Shown here in pieces: positions 36,636 through 46,952 of a DNA stretch of 64,000 nucleotides. Location of the stretch: contig JBMOMC010000044.1 of the NCBI GenBank assembly GCA_049325335.1, positions 96,001 to 160,000 on the forward strand, read 5' to 3'. Source of the stretch: Nitrospirota bacterium (GTDB lineage Bacteria > Nitrospirota > Nitrospiria > 2-01-FULL-66-17). How positions within the stretch are numbered: position 1 is the stretch's first letter; each line of letters begins with the position of its first letter. A program made the position numbers and the translations under genes. Below the pieces are notes generated by a model, which was given only the letters and a program-made list of their open reading frames with translations, was not told where the DNA came from and ran no database searches.

Positions 36636-38147
36636 TTACTCGTCCAACTCGATGTGGTGCTTGTCCAAAGTCGTCCCTTCGACCCGAGAGAGAGCGACCA
36701 GCGACGCGGCATAGTCGGCCTGCGCGCGAATTGCGGCCGACCGGGCCGCGGCCAATTGCGACTGAGCCTGAAGGACGAGAAAACTGGTTGACGTGCCGGC
36801 GCGGAGCCGGGATTCCTCAGCCGCAAGCGACTCCTCGGCTAGGCGCCGCGCCGCGCGCGTGGCTTCGACGCGCTTGGCGTTGGTCCTGACCTGACCGACC
36901 GCATTGTCCACTTGCACAAGGATGTCTTGCTCCAGCTTGCGAAGACTCAGTGCCGCTCGTTCCGCTTCCAAGCGCGCAATCCGATCCGCGGCGTCGGCCC
37001 GTCGATTCCCGAGCGGAACGGTCGCGTTCACGCCTACGCTCCACACCCGATGCTCGCGGTCCGCCAGACCATCCGCAAATCTGCCCGAGGTCTCCCCTCG
37101 CGCGTTGAACCCGTAGCTGATTTGCAGATCGAGCTGGGGCCACGCCTGGTTGCGACTAAACGCTCGCAGGAGATTTCTGCGCTGCACCTCGTGTTGGGCT
37201 TGCTTGACCTCGGGCCGACGTGCCAGAGCGATGCGCGCACTCTCCACGGCGTCCGTGGAAACCGGCTCATCCGGGAGCGTCTCGGCGGGATGGAGCGACA
37301 CGCCGCGCAGCGCCGTCACGTCGGCCGCGATCAACCGTTTGAGGGCGTTGTCCGCTTCGATGATCGCCTGTTCCGCGACGATCACGGCCTCTTCCCGTTC
37401 GGCCGCGCCCGCATCGGCCTGCGTTACGTCCAATGGCGACATCACGCCGATCTCGACCCGGGTCCGGTTGTCAACCACCAAGGCCTTGGCGCGTTGAAGG
37501 TCTTCGCGTTTGGCCTTATGATCCTCGATCGCGAACATCAGCTCGTAATACGCGCGGCTCACCTCGGAGACAATGTCCATCACCCGGCCCGCGGTCTGCT
37601 CGAGCGCGATCTGCCGGTCCTTACGGGCGACGCGTAGCGCGACCGTGTTCGACCGGCCGAAGTTTTTGAGCAACGGTTGGGTCAACGTCAGCCCGGTGGT
37701 TCCGATATGCACGCCGGAGGTCGCGAGCGTGCCGGAAGTCCGCGTATCGAACGCGGACAGATCGTAGTGCGTACCGGTCGGCAGTGTCCCGGTCAACGAG
37801 AGGTCCGTGCGCAACTCTCGGCTCTCCAGCGCGTCGCGCCCAAGCGATACTTGCCGCTCCGGCGAAAGCGGCTCGGACGCGTCCTCGTAGCTGATCGACC
37901 CCGTCAACGCTGGATCGAACGCGCCCCGTGCGCTCACGATGTTCCACTCGCTGATCGCGGGCGCCACGCGTTCGATCTGCACGTCCAGATTCGCGCTCAA
38001 CGCCCGCTCGATGGACTCCTGAAGCGTCAGGGACTGCACCTGATGTCCTTCTTGTGCGCCCCCGACCGCATGGCCCACCCCGATGGCGACACCCAGTGCG
38101 CCGGCGATCGTCCACCTCGTCCACGTTGTCCACCGTCGATCACTCAT
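36636..38147 (-). CDS. TolC family outer-membrane efflux protein
   Basis: LTLQESIERAL..N, LTQPLLKNFG, PQLDL, G.ST...VL.AQ. Confidence 0.9.
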   Translation of the reverse strand: MSDRRWTTWTRWTIAGALGVAIGVGHAVGGAQEGHQVQSLTLQESIERALSANLDVQIERVAPAISEWNIVSARGAFDPALTGSISYEDASEPLSPERQVSLGRDALESRELRTDLSLTGTLPTGTHYDLSAFDTRTSGTLATSGVHIGTTGLTLTQPLLKNFGRSNTVALRVARKDRQIALEQTAGRVMDIVSEVSRAYYELMFAIEDHKAKREDLQRAKALVVDNRTRVEIGVMSPLDVTQADAGAAEREEAVIVAEQAIIEADNALKRLIAADVTALRGVSLHPAETLPDEPVSTDAVESARIALARRPEVKQAQHEVQRRNLLRAFSRNQAWPQLDLQISYGFNARGETSGRFADGLADREHRVWSVGVNATVPLGNRRADAADRIARLEAERAALSLRKLEQDILVQVDNAVGQVRTNAKRVEATRAARRLAEESLAAEESRLRAGTSTSFLVLQAQSQLAAARSAAIRAQADYAASLVALSRVEGTTLDKHHIELDE

Positions 38148-39353
38148 AACGTAATGCGGTGATCGGATCGAGCCGCGACGCCTTGCGCGCCGGATAGAAG
38201 CCGAAAAAGATCCCCACCACGGCGCTGAATAAAAACGCCACGGCGATCGAGCCCGGGGAGATCACCGTGGGCCACTCCGCCACCGCGGAGAGTACTTTAG
38301 CCGTGGTGATGCCGAGGGCGATCCCAATTCCCCCGCCCACCGTGCTCAGCGCAATCGCCTCCAGCAAGAACTGCATCAGGATGTCCTTCGCATGCGCGCC
38401 GACCGCCATGCGAATGCCGATCTCGCGCGTGCGCTCGGTCACGCTGACCAACATGATGTTCATGATTCCGATCCCCCCGACGATGAGCGACACCCCGGCG
38501 ATCGCGCCCAGCAGCGTGGTCATCACACGCGACGTCTCGGTCGCGGCCTCCGCAATGTCCTCCTGGGTCCGAACCGTGAAATCATCGTCTCGGCCGGGGC
38601 CGATCCGGTGGCGCTGGCGCAGCAAGGAAGTAATTTGGTCCGAAACCGGGTTTACCAGTGCCGCCGTCCCGGCTTGAATCGTGATTGAGCGCGCAGTCGT
38701 GACGCCCAGCACCCGCTTCATCGCGGAGCTGTAGGGGAGCACGAGCACGTCGTCCTGGTCCGTGCCGTGCATTGAAAACCCCCTGGGCGCGAGCAGACCG
38801 ACCACCACGAACGGCACGTTCTTGATCCGCACGATCCGTCCGACGGGACTAGCCCCCGCGAAGAGTTGTTGCGCCGTGGTGCGGCCGATCACTGCGACCT
38901 TGGCGGCGGCCCGTACGTCGCGCTCGGTAAAGGGTTCGCCCTCCACCAACGCCCACTGCCGAATCGAGAAGTACTCGGGAGAAACGCCCAATATTTGGGT
39001 CGACCAATTCTGGTTCTCGGCAACCACTTGGGTGACGCTGCGCACCTCGGGACTGGTGCCAGCCACCCCCGGGATCTCCCGCGCGATGGCTTCCACGTCT
39101 TCGACCGTCAGGGTTCCGGCTCCACCCCACCCGGTGCGAATGCCCGTGCTCGTGGTGCTGCCCGAGAATACCTGAATCACATTGCGGCCCAGGCTGGCGA
39201 TCTGCGCCTCCACCTGCGCCTTCGCTCCATTGCCGACCGCCACCATCGCAATCACGGCGGCCACGCCCACCACGATGCCGAGCGCGGTCAACGCCGAGCG
39301 CATCGGGTTCCGGCGCAACGCGCGCCAGGCGAGTTTGGCGGTGGCTGACGGCG

Positions 39354-39357
<4 letters not shown>
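38140..39357 (-). CDS. MacB-like ABC transporter permease
   Basis: RSALTALGIVVG, VGGIGIMNIMLVSVTERTREIGIR, FFGFYPA.KA..LDPI.ALRYE. Confidence 0.95.
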
Positions 39358-40112
<755 letters not shown>

Positions 40113-40128
40113 CGCGCCTCCGCGCGCA

Positions 40129-41367
40129 TCAGAACCGGCCGGGTCCTCTTCCGCCGAACGGATTGGCGGCTCCGCCCCGCGCGCTCGAGATCGACTGGTC
40201 GACCCGCAGTCCGATGATCACGCGGTCGCCCTCCTGAAGGCCCTCCACGATTTCGGTCGTCACACCGTCGGTGATCCCGGTTTTGACCGGCACCCGCTCC
40301 ACCGTCGCCGCTTGTTCGTCCTCAACCCGATACACGGCCCGCCCGCCGGGCGCGCCGCCTCGCGAGTCGGGGCGCATCGCCGCACTCGCCCCTCGGGTTG
40401 TCCGGCTTTGTCCACTGGCGGTTTCGGCATCGGCCGGCCGGAAACGTAATGCGGCATTGGGAACAGTCAGTACGTTCTCACGGGCGGCCACCACAATGGA
40501 CACGTTGGCCGTCATCCCGGGTTTGAGTGTTAGCTCCGGGTTGGCTACCTCGATAATCGTGTCGTAGGTGACCACGTTCTGCACCGTGACCGGCGCGTTG
40601 CGCACCTGCACGACCCGTCCCTGAAATCGTTGCGAGGGAAACGCGTCCACGGTGAAGTTGACGTCTTGCCCGACCTCCACGCCGCCGATATCGGCCTCCG
40701 CCACGCTCGCGTTGATCTGCATCTTGGCCAGGTCGTTGGCGATGACGAACAATGTCGGCGCGCTCAGGCTCGCTGCCACGGTCTGGCCTACGTCCACGCT
40801 GCGAGAAATGACCACGCCGTCGATCGGCGCCTCGATAGTGCAACGCTCCACATCCACCGCGGCCTTGCGAACCGACGCCTCGCGGATCATCACCGCGGCT
40901 TCGGCTTGGTGCAGGTCGGCCTGGGCCTGATCGTATTCCGATTGCGGGATCAGATCCTTGCCGCGCAGTTCCGAGGCCCTGGTCGCCTTGACGCGCGCCA
41001 GATCGAGGCCCGCCCGCGCATTGGCCAGTTCGCCCTCGGCCTGGCGAAGGTTCGCGACGTAAGTGGAGGAATCCAGTTGCGCGAGAACTTGTCCGGCCTT
41101 CACCCGCGAGTTAAAGTCCGCGAACAGCTTCTGGATGATCCCGGAGATTTGGCTCCCGACCTGCACACTGACAACGGGATTAAGCTGGCCGGTAGCCGTC
41201 ACGACCTGTGTCAGGTCTCCGCGCGCCACCGCGGCGGTCTGGTACTCGGGCGCGTCGTTATGACGCGATGTCCAATACCATACCCCGCCGACAAGAGTGA
41301 TCGCGAGCGTTCCGACAACCACGGCCCACTGCAGCCGACCGACACCTAGGCGTCGCTTCAACGGCAC
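40129..41367 (-). CDS. MacA-like periplasmic adaptor subunit
   Basis: VQVGSQISG, APIDGVVI, VGQTVAASL.APTLF, LKPGMTA. Confidence 0.94.
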   Translation of the reverse strand: MPLKRRLGVGRLQWAVVVGTLAITLVGGVWYWTSRHNDAPEYQTAAVARGDLTQVVTATGQLNPVVSVQVGSQISGIIQKLFADFNSRVKAGQVLAQLDSSTYVANLRQAEGELANARAGLDLARVKATRASELRGKDLIPQSEYDQAQADLHQAEAAVMIREASVRKAAVDVERCTIEAPIDGVVISRSVDVGQTVAASLSAPTLFVIANDLAKMQINASVAEADIGGVEVGQDVNFTVDAFPSQRFQGRVVQVRNAPVTVQNVVTYDTIIEVANPELTLKPGMTANVSIVVAARENVLTVPNAALRFRPADAETASGQSRTTRGASAAMRPDSRGGAPGGRAVYRVEDEQAATVERVPVKTGITDGVTTEIVEGLQEGDRVIIGLRVDQSISSARGGAANPFGGRGPGRF

Positions 41368-41466
41368 CCTCTGACGGTTGACACGGAGCTCCCCACGGCG
41401 CGGATATTATCTTGGCGCGCCCACGATACCGTACAACCGCCGGCATACGCAAACCCGTTATCCACT

Positions 41467-41571
41467 TCAGCACAACTGGAACATGATCGGCAACGCCACG
41501 GTTGACGCCACGGGTCGCCCTTCGTCGTTATACGCCGGAGTAAAAATCGCCTCCCGCACCTTGCGGAACAT
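41467..41571 (-). pseudogene. Remnant resembling the last ~34 residues of a TonB C-terminal domain
   Basis: Translates MFRKVREAIFTPAYNDEGRPVASTVALPIMFQLC*. Confidence 0.5.
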
Positions 41572-41605
41572 GTTTACGTTCTCTGTGGCGTGTCAAGCGA
41601 GGTTT

Positions 41606-42106
41606 TTAATGGCTGTGGTGGTGGGACACGGAGCGGGCCGCCCGGGCTTTGGCGCGGTCATCCGCTTCGCACGATTTGCAGACTCCGTACAGCTCTAACT
41701 TATGAAAGGTGATGCGGAAATTGTGTTGGCGGGCCACCTGCTCCTGGAACTGCTCGATCTGGAAGTTTTCGAACTCGATGATGCGGCCGCAGTGGGTGCA
41801 AATGAGGTGGTCGTGGTGCGATTTCCACGCGACGTTGTCGTAGATGGTTTTGCCCGTACCGAAGTGCCGTTCCTGCGCGAGCTCCCATTGACACAACAGC
41901 TTCAGGGTCCGGTACACGGTGATCACCCCGATCGACGGATCGCGCTTGGACACCTTCTGGAACAATTCGTCGACCGTGATGTGATCCTGTTCGAGAAAGA
42001 GCTCCGCGATCAATTCGCGTTGATGCGTGAATTTAAGTCCGTGTTCACGCAATCGCTCTTGGAGCAGATCCCTCGAACGATTCTTGGCTTTCGATTGCGC
42101 CATCAA
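41606..42106 (-). CDS. fur: Fur family transcriptional repressor
   Basis: T.QRE.I, TVYRTLKLL, HHDHLICTHCGRIIEF, YGVCKSC. Confidence 0.9.
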   Translation of the reverse strand: MMAQSKAKNRSRDLLQERLREHGLKFTHQRELIAELFLEQDHITVDELFQKVSKRDPSIGVITVYRTLKLLCQWELAQERHFGTGKTIYDNVAWKSHHDHLICTHCGRIIEFENFQIEQFQEQVARQHNFRITFHKLELYGVCKSCEADDRAKARAARSVSHHHSH

Positions 42107-42154
42107 GTGAAATCCTTTTTCATCACGAACAATACGCCGCTCGGCGCGGGCGTG

Positions 42155-43006
42155 TCAAGACGAGGACCCGTCCGCGCGAACCACCAGGGCGACCCACTCC
42201 CCGGCCGTTCGCCGGTGAGCCACGCCGAGTCCATGAGCCGCGAGCGAGGCGGCTACGTCGGCCGCACGCGTCTGGAGTATCCCAGAGAGGATCATTTCTC
42301 CGACGGGCCCCACGCGTTGCGCGATCTCGGGCATTAGCGTGATCAGATCATCCGCGGTCAGGTTCGCCACGACCACGTCGTACCGGCCGAGTCGTTCCGA
42401 CTGCCCCGCGGCCACGACCGACACCGTCTCCGACGCCTTGTTGACCGCCACATTGCGGATCGCGGTCTCGCGCGCCAACGGGTCGATATCACACGCGGTC
42501 ACTCGCCCCGCGCCCAACTTGGCCGCGGCGATCGCCAGGATGCCCGAACCCGTGCCCAGATCGAACACCGTGGGCCGATCTCCCCGCTGCAATCGTTCGT
42601 CGAGCGCCTCCAGGCACATCCGCGTGGTCTCGTGATGCCCGGTGCCGAACGCCATCTCGGGATCCAGGATCACCACCCGCTCGCCTGGCGCCTCGGCATG
42701 TCCGCGCCAGCTCGGGACAATGGTCAGACGCGGCGTGACGCGCAGCGGGGTCACGCTCGCTTTCCACGTCGCGATCCAATCCTGATCGTCCACCGGCGAA
42801 ATCACGCAATCCCCCTGCCCAAGCGATACCGCCATCCCATCGAGCAACTCTTTGACCGCTCTCGGGTCCGACGCCGCCGGAAAATACGCCGTGATCCACC
42901 CCGGCTCAGACTCCCACACCCCCGCGCTCCCCCGCGCAATCAACGCCTCGCCGAGGATATCGGCGAACTCCGGCTTGATGCGAAGCGAAATGGCGATCCA
43001 GGACAT
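42155..43006 (-). CDS. prmA: Ribosomal protein L11 methyltransferase
   Basis: DW...WK, LDPEMAFGTGHHETT, DLGTGSGILAI, VVAN, LSGIL. Confidence 0.93.
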   Translation of the reverse strand: MSWIAISLRIKPEFADILGEALIARGSAGVWESEPGWITAYFPAASDPRAVKELLDGMAVSLGQGDCVISPVDDQDWIATWKASVTPLRVTPRLTIVPSWRGHAEAPGERVVILDPEMAFGTGHHETTRMCLEALDERLQRGDRPTVFDLGTGSGILAIAAAKLGAGRVTACDIDPLARETAIRNVAVNKASETVSVVAAGQSERLGRYDVVVANLTADDLITLMPEIAQRVGPVGEMILSGILQTRAADVAASLAAHGLGVAHRRTAGEWVALVVRADGSSS

Positions 43007-43160
43007 GTCAGGTTTTTTGGTGTTGTTGCCTTAACCGTGTCCGAGGTTACCGGGCACGGAACCTATCCAGGAAGGTGTCGGATGCCCCTTCGGGGACGTC
43101 AGTCGTTTGTTGCTTTTTTTGAGACGGCCCGCCGGTCGGAGTGAGGTGTCCCACCGTTGG

Positions 43161-43580
43161 TTACGGGTCCTCCGGTCGAGCCCGCTGTCCGATCGAGACA
43201 TTTCCGCCAGCCGCGATGCCGCCTCGGCCCGCGGCGATCCCGCCGCGATCAGCCGCCGCGCCGCTGCCGCGAACGCGCGGACTGCCCGGCCTACCGTCAG
43301 CCAGCAGCTTCAGCAGCGCCTCGGCCTGTCGCACAACGGCGTCTTCCGTGTCCGCGCCCGACTCCGTCAGCGCTTTTTCCATGGGCTTCTGCCACGTGTC
43401 GGGTTCTTTCTCGTGTTCAGCGAGCACGACATCCGAGTTGGGCGTGCCCGCGAAGCGCCGTTGAATGAGCGATTTGAGCCCTTGGTAGGCGTCTTTGATC
43501 GCGGCGCTCGCGGTCTCCTTCCCCGCTGCCGCGTCGCCGGCCGCGAGCGCGGTGACAATCGTGGTCGTGATCGGTTCCAT
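43161..43580 (-). CDS. Bell-like helical domain protein with a Gly/Ala-rich C-terminal motif
   Basis: AGGAGG RBS; MEPI..IVTALAAG..AIKDAYQGLKSLIQRRF..EPDTW; tail ADRGGIAAGRGGIAAGGNVSIG. Confidence 0.65.
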   Translation of the reverse strand: MEPITTTIVTALAAGDAAAGKETASAAIKDAYQGLKSLIQRRFAGTPNSDVVLAEHEKEPDTWQKPMEKALTESGADTEDAVVRQAEALLKLLADGRPGSPRVRGSGAAADRGGIAAGRGGIAAGGNVSIGQRARPEDP

Positions 43581-43599
43581 GGAGGGTCCTCCTGTTCGC

Positions 43600-43908
43600 T
43601 CAGGGTGTGCGCGCGGTCCCATAATCCCGATCCAGGGTGCAGACCTGAATGCGGTACTCCGAAAAAAATTCGTCGCGACCGCGCTGGCGCGCCACCCGGT
43701 GTTCCGGGTGGTCACGCCACGCGGCAAGGGTTTCGGGAGATTGAAACTCCACGATCGACACGTTTTCGCCGTCGGCCGCCGTGAAGTCCTTGTACGAGAT
43801 GCACCCCGGCATCACTGAGGCGAGTTCGTACATGCGTTCGCCCAGTTTTAGGAGCGTGTGTTCATCAACCCCTTGGCGTAATCGGGACCTGAAAACGACG
43901 ACCACCAT
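43600..43908 (-). CDS. Antibiotic biosynthesis monooxygenase family protein
   Basis: MPG.ISY, WRDHPEH..A...GR..F..Y. Confidence 0.85.
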   Translation of the reverse strand: MVVVVFRSRLRQGVDEHTLLKLGERMYELASVMPGCISYKDFTAADGENVSIVEFQSPETLAAWRDHPEHRVARQRGRDEFFSEYRIQVCTLDRDYGTARTP

Positions 43909-44006
43909 ACATCGCGTCCTGGTTGACGTTCCTAACCGGCAGGTCGTCGCAACCGTGCGCGCCGCTTATAACACGGGCCGCCCGACGTGTGCAACGCGCG
44001 GCGTTC

Positions 44007-46952
44007 CTACCGCGTCGTGCCCCCGACCACGCTTCCACCATACACCGCGGCCACGATCGACCGGGGATTCCACGGATCCAATGCCACGGACACCACCGGG
44101 CCCCGAGCCGCCACGCCCGCGACCTGACTCCAGGTCCGGCCGCCGTCGTTCGTGGTGAAAACGCCGTTGGGCGTCCCGGCCACGACCGCGGCCGGCAGTT
44201 GAGGGTCCACCGCCAAACACAACACGGGCAGCGACGGTTCAAGGCCCGCCGACGTCCACCGCGCGCCACGGTCCAGGCTGCGATACACGCCGGTGGGTGT
44301 GCCCGCGTAGAGCGTGGTGGGTATGCGCGGATCGAGCGCCACCGCGTAGACCGTGCGGTCCGGCAAGCCCGCAAGCGCGGACCATGTCGCCCCCCCGTCG
44401 TCGCTCCGGAACACGCCCCCGCCGCTGGTGCCCGCGTACACCGCGGTCGGACGATTATCCAACGCCGGGACGCTGGAGTCACCCGCGTCCACCGTCAGCG
44501 TGGTCACGCGATACACGTCGGCTCCGACCCTGGTCTCCGACCACGAGGCCCCGCCGTCGTCGGAGCGAAAAACCCGGCCGCCGAATCCGCCGGCGTACAC
44601 CATGCGCGGGGATCGCGGGGTCACGGCCACGGCAAATACGCGGGGATCACTCATCCCGTCGGTGTGCGCGGTCCACGTCGCGCCGTTGTCCGCGCTGCGA
44701 AACACGCCGTATGGAGACCCGGCGTAGACCACCTCGGACCGGCTCGGATCCACGGCCACCGCGGTGGCGTGCATCAGGCGGACGTCGTCCGTCATGGATT
44801 GCCACGTGCGGCCGCCGTCCGCGCTTCGCCGGATTCCCCACCCGTTGCTTCCGGCCGACCACAGGATGCGAGGCGTTCGCAGATCAACCGCCAACGAGAC
44901 CCCGGCCGGAACGCGGATCGTGCCGGGCGAGGAGACGGGATCGGTCGCGAGTCCGCCCGCGGCGGCGCACCCGTTCGCAAAGCCGGTTTGCCGCGGACAG
45001 GGATCGACCGCGTCCGGAAACCCGTCCTCGTCCGCGTCGCGCAGCCACGCCAACCGCTCCCCGTACGCCTCGGACGCGTTCACGCAGGCAAACGACGCGG
45101 CTTCCGACCCGTCCGGCGCGCGCACCGGCCCCTCGATCGCACAGGGCGCACGAAACAGCCATTCGGGGTTGAAGCGTTCCTCCCCGGTATCCTTCCCAGC
45201 TACCATGAAACGAGGAGAGATCGCGCCGTCACCGTCCAGGTCCGTGGGCAGGCGGTCGCTTTGGTAGAGCACCAGGCTTTGCAGAAACGCAATCAATGCC
45301 TCGCGATCGCGCTCCGGCGCGCGACGGTATCGCGAGGCCGCCGCTTCGGCCTCGCCGCCATGGCGGCGAATCACCTCGTCCAACGTGAAACTGGCGCCGT
45401 CGTGACCGTACGGCGCCGTACTCCCCACGCCCCATAACGGCGCGGAGCGAAACTTACTGACCTTGGCACCGTTAAACAACGTCTCGGTAAACGCCGGCCC
45501 CATGTCGTGGTGTTGAAAATCCGAGTATACGCCGCGAATCATTGCCGCCTCTCGTCGCGGCAACCAGCGCCCATCGCGTTGGTCCGCTAACACAGTCAAC
45601 GTGCCTTCAAGCCGTTCCGAGCGGTCCCAGTAATCGACCGACAAGTCAAAGAAACGCCGGTCCCCGTCATACCGTTGGTAGGGATCAGGCGCGCTCGGAT
45701 TCGCGGGGTCCAGAACCCAATCCGGCGTGTGACACGCGGCGCAGCCGAAGGTCCCGAACGCGACGCGCCCCTTGCGCGTCTGCGCCGTCTGCCGTCCCAT
45801 GCCGGGCGCGGGCGCATTCAGCATGTACCACTCGGCCAGATCCACGTCGCCTTCGGAAATTTCGTTGATCACGCCGTCCCCGTCGGGATCGTCCAGGCTC
45901 AGTCCCGCGTCGGTCAGGCGAAGGCCGCGATCCACCGGCGCGTGGATCGCGAACTGGCGCGCCCCCGCGTTGGACACCGCGGACAGGCCGTCGCCGGGGG
46001 CCTCGTCTCCGTGCGCGCCGTCGTCAACCTGCATCGTGGGATCGTACACCTGCATACCGCTGTGGGTATCGACCGGGTCGTTGAAAAAGACCCGCAGCGT
46101 CGGTGCCATCGCGCCTTCGGTCTCGCCCCAGCCGAATACCATCATTTCGAGGTTGTATCCCGCGACGTTTCCATCGCGCAGGTTGATGACGCCGTCGCCG
46201 TTGCCGTCTTCGGTCACGCGGCGTCCCGTCTCGTCCACGTACCAGACCCGAAATACCTTGTTCAGATCCGGCGCGCCGTTCCCGTCGCGGTCCCCGCACC
46301 ACCCGTAGTCGATAGGCGCTTGCCCCGGCGCCGGGACAATCCGAACCGGCTGATCCGGAACGCCTTGGATCGGGACAAACCCCCGACGCGACGGATCGCA
46401 CGCCTGCAGTACCTTGAGCCGCGTCTGCAACCCGATCATTTCCACCAAACCGCCGCCAAAGAAATGGGGGGCGTTCCGCCCCTCGCCGCTCCCTTTGGGG
46501 ATATTGCCGCCGGCGCCCGGCTCTCGGAACGGAATCGCGTGACACACCCCGCACGAACTGACGTGATCGCGGCCCAACCGCGGCGTCACGCGGTCCCCGA
46601 GCAGCTTGGGCTCAAAAAACGACCCCGCGCGGCCGAACGCGCCGTCGCGGGCCCGAAACTCCCGTTGCGTGAGGTTCTTGCCCCGCTGATAGGCGAGCCA
46701 GGGATCCTGATCCTGAAGATACCGCGACGCGCCTTCCTGCGAAGGATCGGCGCTGTGAACGACCCGGACCCGCTGATCCTTGATCGACCGCCCGGTCACG
46801 TCTTTCGCGCCGCGCAGGGTGCTGATCGACGTGCCCGGTCGCTCGGATAATTGCGCGTGCGCCAACGGCCCCGGAACCAGGCAGCAGGCGACCGCCAGGC
46901 CGATCCAGCGGCCGGCGCCCGTCAGCACTCCCGCAACCCGCCCTCGTATCAT
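44007..46952 (-). CDS. Di-heme oxidoreductase (DHOR)-like exported protein with a C-terminal BNR/Asp-box propeller
   Basis: SCGVCH, GCAACH, YSD..HDMG, PLWGVG.TAPYGHDG, RHGGEA; repeated RS.DGG.TW. Confidence 0.85.
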   Translation of the reverse strand: MIRGRVAGVLTGAGRWIGLAVACCLVPGPLAHAQLSERPGTSISTLRGAKDVTGRSIKDQRVRVVHSADPSQEGASRYLQDQDPWLAYQRGKNLTQREFRARDGAFGRAGSFFEPKLLGDRVTPRLGRDHVSSCGVCHAIPFREPGAGGNIPKGSGEGRNAPHFFGGGLVEMIGLQTRLKVLQACDPSRRGFVPIQGVPDQPVRIVPAPGQAPIDYGWCGDRDGNGAPDLNKVFRVWYVDETGRRVTEDGNGDGVINLRDGNVAGYNLEMMVFGWGETEGAMAPTLRVFFNDPVDTHSGMQVYDPTMQVDDGAHGDEAPGDGLSAVSNAGARQFAIHAPVDRGLRLTDAGLSLDDPDGDGVINEISEGDVDLAEWYMLNAPAPGMGRQTAQTRKGRVAFGTFGCAACHTPDWVLDPANPSAPDPYQRYDGDRRFFDLSVDYWDRSERLEGTLTVLADQRDGRWLPRREAAMIRGVYSDFQHHDMGPAFTETLFNGAKVSKFRSAPLWGVGSTAPYGHDGASFTLDEVIRRHGGEAEAAASRYRRAPERDREALIAFLQSLVLYQSDRLPTDLDGDGAISPRFMVAGKDTGEERFNPEWLFRAPCAIEGPVRAPDGSEAASFACVNASEAYGERLAWLRDADEDGFPDAVDPCPRQTGFANGCAAAGGLATDPVSSPGTIRVPAGVSLAVDLRTPRILWSAGSNGWGIRRSADGGRTWQSMTDDVRLMHATAVAVDPSRSEVVYAGSPYGVFRSADNGATWTAHTDGMSDPRVFAVAVTPRSPRMVYAGGFGGRVFRSDDGGASWSETRVGADVYRVTTLTVDAGDSSVPALDNRPTAVYAGTSGGGVFRSDDGGATWSALAGLPDRTVYAVALDPRIPTTLYAGTPTGVYRSLDRGARWTSAGLEPSLPVLCLAVDPQLPAAVVAGTPNGVFTTNDGGRTWSQVAGVAARGPVVSVALDPWNPRSIVAAVYGGSVVGGTTR

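Noticed and set aside
44100..44850. Periodic repeats that could suggest a CRISPR or tandem array
   Set aside because: They are coding Asp-box (S.DGG.TW) repeats; no identical DNA repeats with spacers and no cas genes
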